Shown here: positions 18,648-28,864 of the stretch, piece by piece | How positions within the stretch are numbered: position 1 is the first letter of the stretch | Layout of the letters: each line of letters begins with the position of its first letter | Assembly: GCA_963715985.1 (NCBI GenBank) | Contig: CAVQSP010000017.1 | Location: 245,346-309,345 of the forward strand | Source of the DNA: an uncultured Thermoleophilia bacterium | GTDB lineage: Bacteria; Actinomycetota; Thermoleophilia; UBA2241 | Direction: 5' to 3' | DNA: 64,000 nt | Translations under genes and position numbers: made by a program | The notes under the pieces: model-generated | What the model was told of the DNA's origin: nothing | Database searches by the model: none | The model's input: only the letters and a program-made list of their open reading frames with translations

Positions 18648-19064
18648 ATGGGACTGCAGCTGACGCGCGGCGGCGAGTACGCCATCCGTGCCATGAGTTA
18701 CCTCGCGAGGTTCCCCGACGGCCACGTCGCCTCGCTGCACGACATCGGGCAGGCGCAGGATATCCCCGAGAGCTTCCTCGCCAAGATCCTTCAGAGCCTG
18801 GTGCACGGCGGTCTGGCCGTCTCGCAGCGCGGCGCGCACGGCGGTTTCGCCCTCGCCCGCCCGGCCACCGAGATCACCATGCGGGACGTCATCGAGGCAG
18901 TGGACGGCCCGGTGGCGCTCAACCAGTGCGTGCTGTGGCCTGAGGATTGCGAGCGCAGCGGCGACTGCGAGCTGCACAAGGCCTGGATGCGGGCCCAGGC
19001 CCAGCTCATGGACGTCCTCGGCACGGTGACGCTGCGGTCGCTCTCGCCGGCCGTCGTCGCCTGA
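18648..19064 (+). CDS. Rrf2 family regulator with three Cys (likely Fe-S binding)
   Basis: EYAIRAM, IPESFLAKILQSL, SQRGAHGGF-x-LAR, C-x6-C-x5-C. Confidence 0.92.
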   Translation: MGLQLTRGGEYAIRAMSYLARFPDGHVASLHDIGQAQDIPESFLAKILQSLVHGGLAVSQRGAHGGFALARPATEITMRDVIEAVDGPVALNQCVLWPEDCERSGDCELHKAWMRAQAQLMDVLGTVTLRSLSPAVVA

Positions 19065-19103
19065 GGGACGCTTCCGCCTCCCCGCGCCTTGGGCTCTCCT
19101 CCG

Positions 19104-20107
<1,004 letters not shown>

Positions 20108-20111
<4 letters not shown>

Positions 20112-22470
20112 TTCACGTTGTCGACCCAGATGGTCATCGTGTCGGCGCTCGTGCTCTTGACTCTGATGCGCACGCCCAGGTTCGCCGGCACCTTGACCCC
20201 GCTGTAGGGGGTCTCCGGGGACCAGTACTGCCACGCGTCGTTGAACCACTGGGCTGCGGGCTTGCCGGGGGCGATGCGCTCGCCGACGTCGGTGGCTGGG
20301 TCGGTGGCGTAGTCCCTCAGGTAGATGCTCTGCGTGCGCGTCGGCGTGAGGCTGAAGGCGGCGTCGCGAAGCTGGATGCGGGTCCGCCAGTATGCGGTGG
20401 CGCCGTCGTACTGCACGGCATCCGGGTTCGGGCGGGCATCGACCACGAGCCAGCCGCCCTCGCCGGGGTGCGCGCCGACGTCGTTGTCGGTCCAGAACGT
20501 GTCGCGGTAGATGAGGTGCAGGCCCTGGTTGTACGTGTACCAGTCGACCCAGCCGGGGAGGGCGCGATTGAACTCGTAGCAGTCGGCCAGCGAGGCGTCT
20601 GAGCCGGCGTGTGTGCGGTATTCGGCGATGTAGTAGTTGGCGCTGTACACCGTGCTCGCGCCGTCGACCTGCGTCCAGCCCTCGCTGGTGAAGGCGCTGT
20701 CGGAGACGGCGGTGCCGCCCACCTTGACGTCGGTGATCTCCCAGCCGGCCGGGGCGATGCCCACGTCGGTGAGATAGCGGAACTGCACGAGGACACTCTT
20801 GCCGGCCCACGCGCTGAGGTCGAACGTCATCGTCTCACCCCAGGCCCCGGTGTAGCCGCCCGTGAGGCCCCAGACGCCGGCGTCGACCTCCACGGTGCGC
20901 CCCTGGCTCTGGGCGGTGGACCAGGTGGCGCCACTGTCCTCGGAGATGCGCACGAACCCATAGTCGTAGCCGCTCTCGATGTCGTACCACGTACGCATCG
21001 TGAGGACGGCGCCGTCTCCGCTCGGCACGCTTACGGGCGACTTCGTCGTCAGCCTGTTATCCAGGTCGTTGCCGGCCCCGGAGTACCACTCCAACGCGCC
21101 GTCCTTGCCGCTCAGCGGGACGACGTGCCTGCGTTTGGGCAGCTCGATCATCACCCCGGTGTCTGAGGGCGCGCCGGTGGCCGCCGCCTGGAGCTTCACG
21201 CTCCGCGTCGTGTTGCGCTTGATGACCTTAGGAGTGACGAAGTCCAGGGCCATCTTGTCCCACACGTTGAACGGTCCCGGTTCGCTGCCCAGTCCCCATC
21301 GCCGTCCCAGCCACGCGGCCTCTGCCATCATCGTCCAGAAGCCGCTGCCGTCGCCGGGGGTGCTGGCGTAGTCGTACTCGTCGGGCAGGCCCAGATCGTG
21401 GCCGAACTCGTGGCAGAACACGCCTGGGTCGCCGTCTTCGGGGTTGATGGTGTAGGGGGACACCCAGATGCCGGTCTGCTGGGGGCCCTGGCCCTCGGTG
21501 CCCGGGACCTCGTAGCCGGGGAGGCCGCCGGGGCCGCCGTTAGGGCTCTCGTAGATGCTGGAGGAATGCGCCCAGATGGCGTCGGACTCCTGGGCGCCGC
21601 CGCCGGCAGACTGGTCGCTGCCCGCGTGCACGAGGATCAGATGATCGACGATGCCGTCCGGCCGGTTGAAGGTGTCGCCGGTGATGCCGTAGGGGTTCTC
21701 GACGTCGTAGTCGGCCCAGGGGAAGTCCGGGTTCTGGGCGGCGAACCTGGCGACCGCGTCGCGGGCCACGCGCCATGCGGGCCCGTTGAGGTCGTCGGTG
21801 GACACCCACGGGTCGCTGTCCGCGCCGTACCAGGACTCCGGCATGTCCAGCTTCACCCAGTTCTTGATGTCGCCCGACACGGTGTAGGTGCCGTGAGACT
21901 GCTCCAGGTACCAGTTGCGCATCGTGGAACTGTCGTCGCCGCGCAAGAGACCGGCGGCGTCGTACATGCCCGAAGGAGTTGCCGAAGAGTTCCTGCTGGT
22001 AGTGCGCGGGCGAGGTGTCGCCCGGCCAGAAGGTGCTGTTGTCGCCGGCGGGCGGTGCCGGGATCTGCCCGTGCAGAGGGCCGGGCGTCATCGGGCCCGT
22101 GGGGGCCGGGGAGCCGGCCGGCCAGGCCTCGTCGCCGAACTCGACGAGCAGCACGAGGGTCTTCGTGACGAACGTGGTGGTGGCCCCGGGGTCCGCGGCG
22201 CGGCGTGCCATGAAGCGAGTGAGCTGCGTCTTCTTCCCCTGAAGCGTGCGCTGCACGAGAGGAGACTTGAGCTCGTACCTGGGTGCCCGGATGCCGAGCG
22301 CCTCCACCGTGGCGGCCGCCATCCGTCGCGTTGGCGTAGGGCGGGATGACGCCCAGTCGCTTGAGGTTCTTCGCGATCAGGACCTCGTTCGGCGGCACGG
22401 CGCCCGCCGGCGCGGCCGCCAGGACCACGAGCAGCGCCACCAGCGCCGCACCCACCATGACTCTGCGCAC
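20108..22470 (-). CDS. Secreted immune inhibitor A (M6) metalloprotease, interrupted by two frameshifts (about 22322 and 21967)
   Basis: Signal peptide in frame 1, LVLLVEF in frame 2, HEFGHDLGLPDEYD zinc motif and DAIWAH in frame 3; the three ORFs are collinear. Confidence 0.85.
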
Positions 22471-22617
22471 GATCTCCCCCGATCGGTTCGCCGGCCCCGG
22501 ACGTCAGGCCTGTCCGCCGACGGTCCCTGCCGGCCGAGCCCTGGCCACGGGAGTCTACTGCGCTCCCGGCGCACGTGCGAGGGCGTGACCCTCACGGGCC
22601 CGGCGTGCGGTAACGAA

Positions 22618-22651
22618 GAGAGGCGGGGCGCTCGCGAGCGCCCCGCCTCTC
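22618..22651 (-). terminator. Perfect 34-bp palindrome downstream of the FmdB-like gene
   Basis: GAGAGGCGGGGCGCTCGCGAGCGCCCCGCCTCTC followed by TTCGTT on the minus strand. Confidence 0.7.
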
Positions 22652-22658
22652 GGGGTCT

Positions 22659-22692
22659 TGACTGCGGCGCGACCGCGCCGCCGGGGTCAGCC
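22659..22692 (-). promoter_or_regulatory. Putative bacterial SECIS element
   Basis: 11 nt after the UGA: stem GCGGCGC, loop GGUC, GCGCCGC; lower UGAC/GUCA pairing. Confidence 0.7.
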
Positions 22693-22896
22693 TCAGCCGA
22701 AGCGGGTGCCGGCGGGTGCCGCGCAGCCGCCACCCGAGCTCGAGCCGCCCAGGTTGTTCAGAAAGCTGGAGAACTTCTGCCGCACGTCCTCGGAGCCGCA
22801 CTCGGGGCACACGCGGTCCTCATCCTTGAGAAAGCCCTGGCGGAACACCTCGAAGGCGTGCCCGCACGATTCGCAGACCAGATCGTAGGATGCCAT
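22687..22896 (-). CDS. FmdB-family zinc ribbon protein, probable selenoprotein (C-terminus F-G-U-G)
   Basis: CESC/CPEC zinc ribbon; TGA(22695-22693)-GGC-TGA(22689-22687) with downstream SECIS-like hairpin. Confidence 0.8.
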
Positions 22897-22922
22897 GACC
22901 CTCCACGTCGGTTGGTTGGTTC

Positions 22923-22965
22923 ATACCCTGGGGGGTATTATACCGGGCAGCTTGGGGCGCGTAAA
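22923..22965 (-). promoter_or_regulatory. sigma70 promoter overlapped by CsoR/CstR-type operator
   Basis: Minus-strand TTTACG-N17-TATAAT (22965-22937); ATACCC-TGGG-GGGTAT (22923-22938) inverted repeat with G-tract. Confidence 0.65.
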
Positions 22966-23046
22966 CACCGCGCCGGTAGTACTCTGTGAGTCAGGACACC
23001 GCAGGCGGCGGCCGCTTCCGCCGTCCTGCGGTCCGTCGAAGGGGAG

Positions 23047-23544
23047 ATGATGCGCAGCAACCGGGTCTTCGTCACAGTCATCGTCACGGTCCTCGTCATC
23101 CTCGGCAGCCTCGCCGCACTGGCTCTGGCTGCGTGTGGCGGTTCGGACACCTCGGCGTCGACGGCCGACATCGAGTTCATCTCGCCGGGCGACTTCAAGA
23201 TGGCGGACTATGCCGGCAAGCCCCTCGTCGTCAACTACTTCGGCTCCTGGTGCGGCCCCTGCAACCTCGAGGCCCCCGAGCTCGCCGCCTTCGCGGACAG
23301 TCACCCTGGTCTTGCCTTGGTCGGCGTCGCCGCGGACGACACGCAGGACGACGTGCTGGACTTCATGGGCAAGTACGGGCTCAGCAATCCGGTCGTTCTG
23401 GACGACGGCAGCCTCCAGGCCGACGCAGGTATCACCGGCGTGCCCACCACCATCTTCTACGACGCCAAGGGTAACGAGGTGGACCGCATCGTCGGCGCCG
23501 CCACCGCGGGCCAGTTCGACCTCAGCTACGCCAAGGCGAAGTGA
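23047..23544 (+). CDS. TlpA/ResA-like thioredoxin lipoprotein
   Basis: Lipobox LAAC, GKPLVVNYFGSWCGPC, GVPTT. Confidence 0.9.
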   Translation: MMRSNRVFVTVIVTVLVILGSLAALALAACGGSDTSASTADIEFISPGDFKMADYAGKPLVVNYFGSWCGPCNLEAPELAAFADSHPGLALVGVAADDTQDDVLDFMGKYGLSNPVVLDDGSLQADAGITGVPTTIFYDAKGNEVDRIVGAATAGQFDLSYAKAK

Positions 23545-23610
23545 GCCTCACGCCGACGCTGCGGCAGGGCCGGTCGCGCCGCGGCCTCCGGCCGGCGTGA
23601 CCGCCCTCCC

Positions 23611-24330
23611 GTGATCGCCGCCCAGTTCACCACGCTCACCCTCTCGGCGGCCGGCCTGGCCTTCGTCGCCGGGCTGGTGTCCTTCGTCTCCCCCTGCGTC
23701 CTGCCGCTCTTGCCGGTGTACCTGTCCTTCATCTCCGGCGTCGCCGTGGACCGTCTGTCGAGCGAGCGCGGACGCCTCCTCTGGACTTCTCTGCTGTTCG
23801 TGGCCGGCTTCACGGTGGTCTTCATGGCCATGGGAGCAGGCGCCGGCGGCGTAGGGCGCCTGCTCATCCGCTACCGGCAGGAGCTCACCATCGCCGCCGG
23901 GGCCTTCATCGTGTTCAGCGGGCTGGTGGTGACGGGCCTGATCCCCATGCACCTGCCCGTCATGAAGGTGGTACCCACGCCCCGGGGCGCCGGCGGCGCG
24001 TTTCTCACGGGCGCGGCGCTGGCCGTCGGCTGGACGCCCTGCGTGGGATACGTGCTCGGGGCCATCCTCAGCATGGCGGCGACGAGCCAGAGTGCCGTGT
24101 CCGGCTCGCTGCTGCTCCTGGTGTACTCCGCCGGCCTGGCCGTCCCGTTCCTCCTCGCCGCGCTCGCCTTCCACTGGATGAGCGGGCGCCTCGCCGGAGT
24201 GCGCAAGCACTATCGCCAGATCCAGATCGCCGCCGGCGTGCTGATGATCGCCTTCGGCGTGCTGATGATGTTCGGCGTGCTCGACCAGATGACGCGCTGG
24301 CTCCCGTCCTTCAGCCCGGGCGGTCTCTGA
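23611..24330 (+). CDS. ccdA: Cytochrome c biogenesis / thiol-disulfide transporter CcdA
   Basis: SFVSPCVLPLLP and GWTPCVG motifs, about 6 TMs. Confidence 0.9.
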   Translation: MIAAQFTTLTLSAAGLAFVAGLVSFVSPCVLPLLPVYLSFISGVAVDRLSSERGRLLWTSLLFVAGFTVVFMAMGAGAGGVGRLLIRYRQELTIAAGAFIVFSGLVVTGLIPMHLPVMKVVPTPRGAGGAFLTGAALAVGWTPCVGYVLGAILSMAATSQSAVSGSLLLLVYSAGLAVPFLLAALAFHWMSGRLAGVRKHYRQIQIAAGVLMIAFGVLMMFGVLDQMTRWLPSFSPGGL

Positions 24331-24347
24331 GCGGTATCCTTGGCGCG

Positions 24348-27260
24348 ATGAGCGCCAGGCACCGCATCCCCGAACCCACCCGCGAGGCACGCGCCGCCGC
24401 CGCCGCCCTGCGGCCCCTGGTGGCCGGAGAGGTGTTCGAGTCCCCGCTGCGGCGCTGGCTCTACTCCACGGACGCCTCGAGCTATCGGGTGGTGCCCGAC
24501 GCGGTGCTGGTGGCCGGCGCGGTGGACGACCTGCATGCCGTCATGGAGGTCTGTGCCCGGTACGGCGTGCCCGTGGTCGCCCGCGGGGCTGCGAGCAGCT
24601 GCGCGGGTCAGGCCGTGGGCCCCGGCATCGCGGTGGACTGCTTCAAGCTCGACAGGGTCATCGCGATCGACCCGGAGAAGCGCACCGCGCGCGTGCAGCC
24701 GGGCGTCGTGCAGGCGTCGCTGAACCGCGCCGCCGCAGTACATGGTCTCGAGTTCGGTCCCGACACGTCCACCGTGGACCAGGCCACCCTCGGCGGCATG
24801 GTGGGCAACAACTCGTCCGGTTCCCGGTCGATCGTGTACGGCGAGACCAGGGACAAGGTCGTCACCGTGCGCACGGCCCAGATCGGGGGCACCGGCCTCG
24901 ACTTCGCGCGCTGTGCGAGCGCCGACCTCGCGAGCGGGCTGCGCGGGCCGGGGGCGGCCGGGCCGGCGGCGGCGCTCGCGGAGATCCGCGAGCGGTACCG
25001 CCGGCCCATCGCCACCGGCTACCCGCACACGCGCCGCTGCACGACCGGCTACGACCTGCGCACGCTGCTGGAGCCGCGGCCCAATCTGGCGCGGCTCCTG
25101 GCCGGCTCGGAGGGCACGCTGGGTCTGTTCACGGAGATCGAGGTCGAGCTGGACGTGCGGCCGGCGTTGCGGGTCGGGGCGGCGCTCACGTTCACCGACC
25201 TCCGCGCCGCGCTCACGGCCAACCTGGCCATCCTCGAGACGGGCCCGTCCGCGGTGGAGCTCGTGGACCTCGTGCCTCTGCGCGCCGCCCCCAACCTCGG
25301 CGCCTACCCGCTCATGGCGCCGCTGCTCGAGGGCGCTGAGCGGGCCATGCTCACGGTGGAGTACCAGGGGTCTGACGACGAGGCGCGGGCCGGTGTGAGC
25401 CGTCTGCGGCGCGTCGCCGCAGGGCTGGGCGCCGTGCGCACGCAGTGGCTCGACCAGCCTGCTTCCATGGCTCAGGCCGCGGCCCTGCGCCGGGCCGTGC
25501 TGCCGCTGCTCATGGGCGCCCCGGGCGCGGCCCGCCCGACGGCGTTCGTGGAGGACACCGCCGTCGCGCCGGAGAAGCTGGCCGACTTCCTCACCGCCTT
25601 CGAGGGTCTCGTGGCTGCTGCCGGGGCCCGCGGGTCGTTCACCGGCCACGCCTCCGCGGGCTGCACGCACGTGCGCCCTCTCCTGGACCTCAAGACGGTG
25701 GCGGGTGTGCGCCAGATGGAGGGACTGGCGGTGGCGGTGGCGGGGCTGGTGGCCGAGTACCACGGCGCCATCTCGGGCGAGCACGGCGTCGGCCGCTCCC
25801 GCAGCTGGGCGCTTCCGGGCCTCCTCGGCGACGGCCTGTACGACGCCATGGTCGCCGTCAAGGACGTCTTCGACCCACGGCGACTCCTGGCGCCCGGCAT
25901 CGTGGTGGACGGGCCCGGCGTCTCGGAGAGCCTGCGCTACGGCGCGGACTACCGCGGCGGGGGCGCCTGGAGGCCTCGCCTCTGGTACGCGGCAGAAGGC
26001 GGCTTCGACCTCGCCGTGGAACGCTGCTTCGGCGCGGGCCAGTGCAAGAAGACCACGGGCACCATGTGCCCGCCGGCCGCCGCCACCCGGGACGAGGCGC
26101 GGACCACGCGGGCCCGCGCCAATGCGCTCCAGGGCGTGGTGTGCGGGGCCGTCCCGCTTGCGGCCATCGGCGCCGACGAGTTCCGCGACGTGCTGGGCAC
26201 GTGCGTGGCGTGCAAGGCGTGCAAGTCCGAGTGTCCGGCGGGCGTCGACGTAGCCGCCCTCAAGGTCGAGTGGCTGGCCGAGGTCCGCGCCAGGACCGGC
26301 GTGCCGGTCCTGGCGCGGGGCATCGGCGAGTTTCGCCGCCTGGCGGCTCTGGCCGCGCCGGTGGCGCCGCTCGTCAACGCCGCGGCGCGGTCCCGCCTCA
26401 CCCGGCTCCTCACGGACCGCGCCGGCGTCGCCGCCCGGCGCCCGCTGCCCGCGTTCACCCGCCGGCCGCTGACGCGCCGCCTGTCGCCGGCCCCCCCAGC
26501 GCCTTCGACGACGCCGTCCGGAGGGCAGGCCGGCGGCACACCCCGCCCGGCTGCCACGCTGTTCGTCGACTGCTTCATCCAGTATCAGGAGCCGGAGGTG
26601 GGCGAGGCCCTCGCGGGGCTGCTGCGCGCCGCCGGCGTGCCGCTCGCCCTCGCGGACGCGGGCTGCTGCGGGCGTACTGCGCTCTCCACGGGGCAGATAG
26701 ACAAGGCTCGCGCGGCCGCCGCCAGGGCACTCGCGGCGCTCAGCCCGCGTGTGGCGCAGGGCGCAGAGGTGCTCTTCGTCGAGCCGAGCTGCCTGTCCAT
26801 GGTCTGCGACGACTGGCGCCGCCTGTTGCCGGGTGACGAGCGCGTCGCGCCGGCGGCGGCGGCCGCCCGCCCCGCGCTGGGCCTCGTGGCCGACCTCGCC
26901 GCCGCCGGCCGCCTGCACTTCCGTGCCGGCGGCCGCGCCCTGCTGCACTGCCACTGCCACGAGAAGGCGCTGGGCTTCGCGGCCGACACCGAGCGTGCCC
27001 TGCGTGCCGTGCCCGGCCTCGAACTGGACGTCCTGGATGCCGGCTGCTGCGGCATGTCCGGCATCTTCGGCTACGAGGCCGAACATTACGACCTCAGCGT
27101 GGCGATGGCCGAACGCGTGCTCCTGCCCGCCGTGCGCGCGGCGCCGCCGCACACCGCGGTCCTCGCCACGGGTACGTCGTGCCGCACGCAGATCGGCGAC
27201 CTCACACCGCGGCGGGCCGTCCACCCGCTCGTCTTCCTCGCCGGGCGCCTGGAGGCTTGA
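24348..27260 (+). CDS. FAD-linked oxidase fused to 4Fe-4S and CCG domains (YdiJ/GlcD-GlcF-like 2-hydroxyacid dehydrogenase)
   Basis: YSTDASSY, GSEGTLG, GEHGVG, CVACKACKSECP, two CCG motifs. Confidence 0.9.
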   Translation: MSARHRIPEPTREARAAAAALRPLVAGEVFESPLRRWLYSTDASSYRVVPDAVLVAGAVDDLHAVMEVCARYGVPVVARGAASSCAGQAVGPGIAVDCFKLDRVIAIDPEKRTARVQPGVVQASLNRAAAVHGLEFGPDTSTVDQATLGGMVGNNSSGSRSIVYGETRDKVVTVRTAQIGGTGLDFARCASADLASGLRGPGAAGPAAALAEIRERYRRPIATGYPHTRRCTTGYDLRTLLEPRPNLARLLAGSEGTLGLFTEIEVELDVRPALRVGAALTFTDLRAALTANLAILETGPSAVELVDLVPLRAAPNLGAYPLMAPLLEGAERAMLTVEYQGSDDEARAGVSRLRRVAAGLGAVRTQWLDQPASMAQAAALRRAVLPLLMGAPGAARPTAFVEDTAVAPEKLADFLTAFEGLVAAAGARGSFTGHASAGCTHVRPLLDLKTVAGVRQMEGLAVAVAGLVAEYHGAISGEHGVGRSRSWALPGLLGDGLYDAMVAVKDVFDPRRLLAPGIVVDGPGVSESLRYGADYRGGGAWRPRLWYAAEGGFDLAVERCFGAGQCKKTTGTMCPPAAATRDEARTTRARANALQGVVCGAVPLAAIGADEFRDVLGTCVACKACKSECPAGVDVAALKVEWLAEVRARTGVPVLARGIGEFRRLAALAAPVAPLVNAAARSRLTRLLTDRAGVAARRPLPAFTRRPLTRRLSPAPPAPSTTPSGGQAGGTPRPAATLFVDCFIQYQEPEVGEALAGLLRAAGVPLALADAGCCGRTALSTGQIDKARAAAARALAALSPRVAQGAEVLFVEPSCLSMVCDDWRRLLPGDERVAPAAAAARPALGLVADLAAAGRLHFRAGGRALLHCHCHEKALGFAADTERALRAVPGLELDVLDAGCCGMSGIFGYEAEHYDLSVAMAERVLLPAVRAAPPHTAVLATGTSCRTQIGDLTPRRAVHPLVFLAGRLEA

Positions 27261-27401
27261 CCCGGCCGCGCCGGGACCGCTTCCCTCGCCGGCGGCGTGC
27301 GACGACCCGGCGCGAACGGCGCGCCGAGAGGGCCCGCGTCCCCCTGCGCGGTCGCGCCCGGGGCGCCGCCGCCGCGCCGCCGGCGCGTGTACCATGGGGC
27401 G

Positions 27402-27581
27402 GTGAACGCCGTCATCCTGATCGCCGGCATCGCCGGCCTTGCCGTGGCCGGCTACGGCCTGTTCACGCTCAGCCTGGACGCCTCGCGCCGGCACCAGTAC
27501 GTCGACATCGCCGTCGCGGTGCTGGTCGCCGTGGCCGTGGTGGCCCTGCTGATCCTGTACGGCGACAGGCTGCTGCGCTGA
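27402..27581 (+). CDS. Small two-TM membrane protein (59 aa)
   Basis: Two hydrophobic helices, GC3-biased codons, TACCAT -10 six nt before GTG. Confidence 0.6.
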   Translation: MNAVILIAGIAGLAVAGYGLFTLSLDASRRHQYVDIAVAVLVAVAVVALLILYGDRLLR

Positions 27582-27626
27582 CGCGCGCCGGCGGCAGCGG
27601 GCCCAGGCGCCGAACGCGGCGCAGGC

Positions 27627-27654
27627 TCATGGGAACGGGCGCGTCTGCCGATAC
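27627..27654 (+). promoter_or_regulatory. sigma28-like promoter upstream of the LuxR-type response regulator
   Basis: TCAT-N16-GCCGATAC, near-identical to the element at 8477-8503. Confidence 0.5.
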
Positions 27655-27803
27655 TGGCGTACGGTGCGCAGGGGATACGGACCCGCCGGCGCGAATCTGT
27701 GGGCGGCGGCCTGGCACTGGACAGCGTGCCGCGTCCGCCGGCAAACGCCGGGCTCGAGCCCAGACGGTGCGCCCGGCAAGCGTTTCGGCAAGAGAGTGAG
27801 ACG

Positions 27804-28388
27804 ATGGCCAAACGGATCCTCGTCGTGGATGACGAGCCCGACATTCGCAGGCTCGTGGCTGAAGCCCTCGTGGTGACAGGCTACGACGTGCAGACCGCCG
27901 CCAACGGCGACGAGGCCGTGCGCGTGGCGTCCCTGTACCTGCCCGACCTCGTGCTGCTCGACATCATGATGCCCGACCTGGACGGCTTCGCCGTGTACGA
28001 GAAGCTGCGCACCCGCCCCGTCGACCTCAAGTCACCGATCATCTTCCTCACCGCGCGCCGCGAGATCGACGACAAGCTCCTCGGGTTCGAAAAAGGGGCG
28101 GCGGACTACATCACCAAACCCTTCCACATCAAGGAGCTCCTCGCGCGCGTGAAGGTGCACCTGGGGGAGCTCGGGCCGCCCAAGGGCGACATCCCCAACC
28201 CCCTCACGGACCGCGAGCTCGAGGTCCTTGGGCTGCTGGCGAGCGGCAAGACGTACAAGCAGGTGGCGCGCGCGCTCGATCTCTCGCAGAGCACCGTGCG
28301 CAATCACCTGCACAACGTGTACCACAAGCTCAACGTGGTGGACCGCGCCCAGGCGGTCATCGTCAGCCGCGAGAACGGCTGGATCTGA
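27804..28388 (+). CDS. Orphan response regulator (REC plus LuxR-type HTH)
   Basis: ILVVDDE, LLDIMMP, YITKPF; LTDRELEVL...TVRNHLHNVYHKL. Confidence 0.92.
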   Translation: MAKRILVVDDEPDIRRLVAEALVVTGYDVQTAANGDEAVRVASLYLPDLVLLDIMMPDLDGFAVYEKLRTRPVDLKSPIIFLTARREIDDKLLGFEKGAADYITKPFHIKELLARVKVHLGELGPPKGDIPNPLTDRELEVLGLLASGKTYKQVARALDLSQSTVRNHLHNVYHKLNVVDRAQAVIVSRENGWI

Positions 28389-28484
28389 GCTAGCCCCGGC
28401 TACTGCCCGGTGACGGGCACGTAAGCGACGCGGCGGGGGCCGGCCTCAGGGCCGGCCCCCGCCGCGTCGCGCACCGCATGCCGC

Positions 28485-28742
28485 TCAGGAGGTCGAAAAC
28501 GGCATGTCGGGCAGCGACCAGGCGGCAACCTGGTCGCGGCGGTCGCCGCGGCGCCGTTCGCTGAACGGGCCCGGCCCCGATACCCAGCGGTCGCGCCGGC
28601 GCTCGCCGGTCCTGCGGTCGACGACCACAGTGACGTCCTCGCGCCCGGCGAATCTCTCCGCGAGCTGCTCGTAGAAGTGGCTCTCGAGGGGACGCGGGAT
28701 CACGATGACTCTGGGCCGCTCGATCTGGGTCGTACCGGCCAT
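28485..28742 (-). CDS. Small protein (85 aa) with DRR/ERR repeats
   Basis: AAGGAG RBS; MAGTTQ...VVVDRRTGERRR...SERRRGDRR; the ORF track shows it only as the tail of a longer shadow ORF. Confidence 0.7.
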   Translation of the reverse strand: MAGTTQIERPRVIVIPRPLESHFYEQLAERFAGREDVTVVVDRRTGERRRDRWVSGPGPFSERRRGDRRDQVAAWSLPDMPFSTS

Positions 28743-28864
28743 GCGCCTTCTCCTTCTGCACTCACAACGTACCACTGGATGCAGCAATTCATTCGTCGCG
28801 GGGCGGGCGGTCTCCTTGGCCAGTCTCGCGGCCGGGCCTCCACGCGTAGCCCGGCGCGGCGACG

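Noticed and set aside
23047-23544. Selenocysteine in the TlpA active site
   Set aside because: Both residues of WCGPC are TGC codons
24210-27494. Very long antisense ORFs (e.g. 1094 aa here; also 42978-45686, 53418-55865, 56374-58797)
   Set aside because: Shadow ORFs of high-GC coding genes; no recognisable motifs, and they lie opposite well-supported CDSs
27712-27730. sigma54 promoter (TGGCAC) upstream of the response regulator
   Set aside because: The -12 TTGC element is absent at the required spacing
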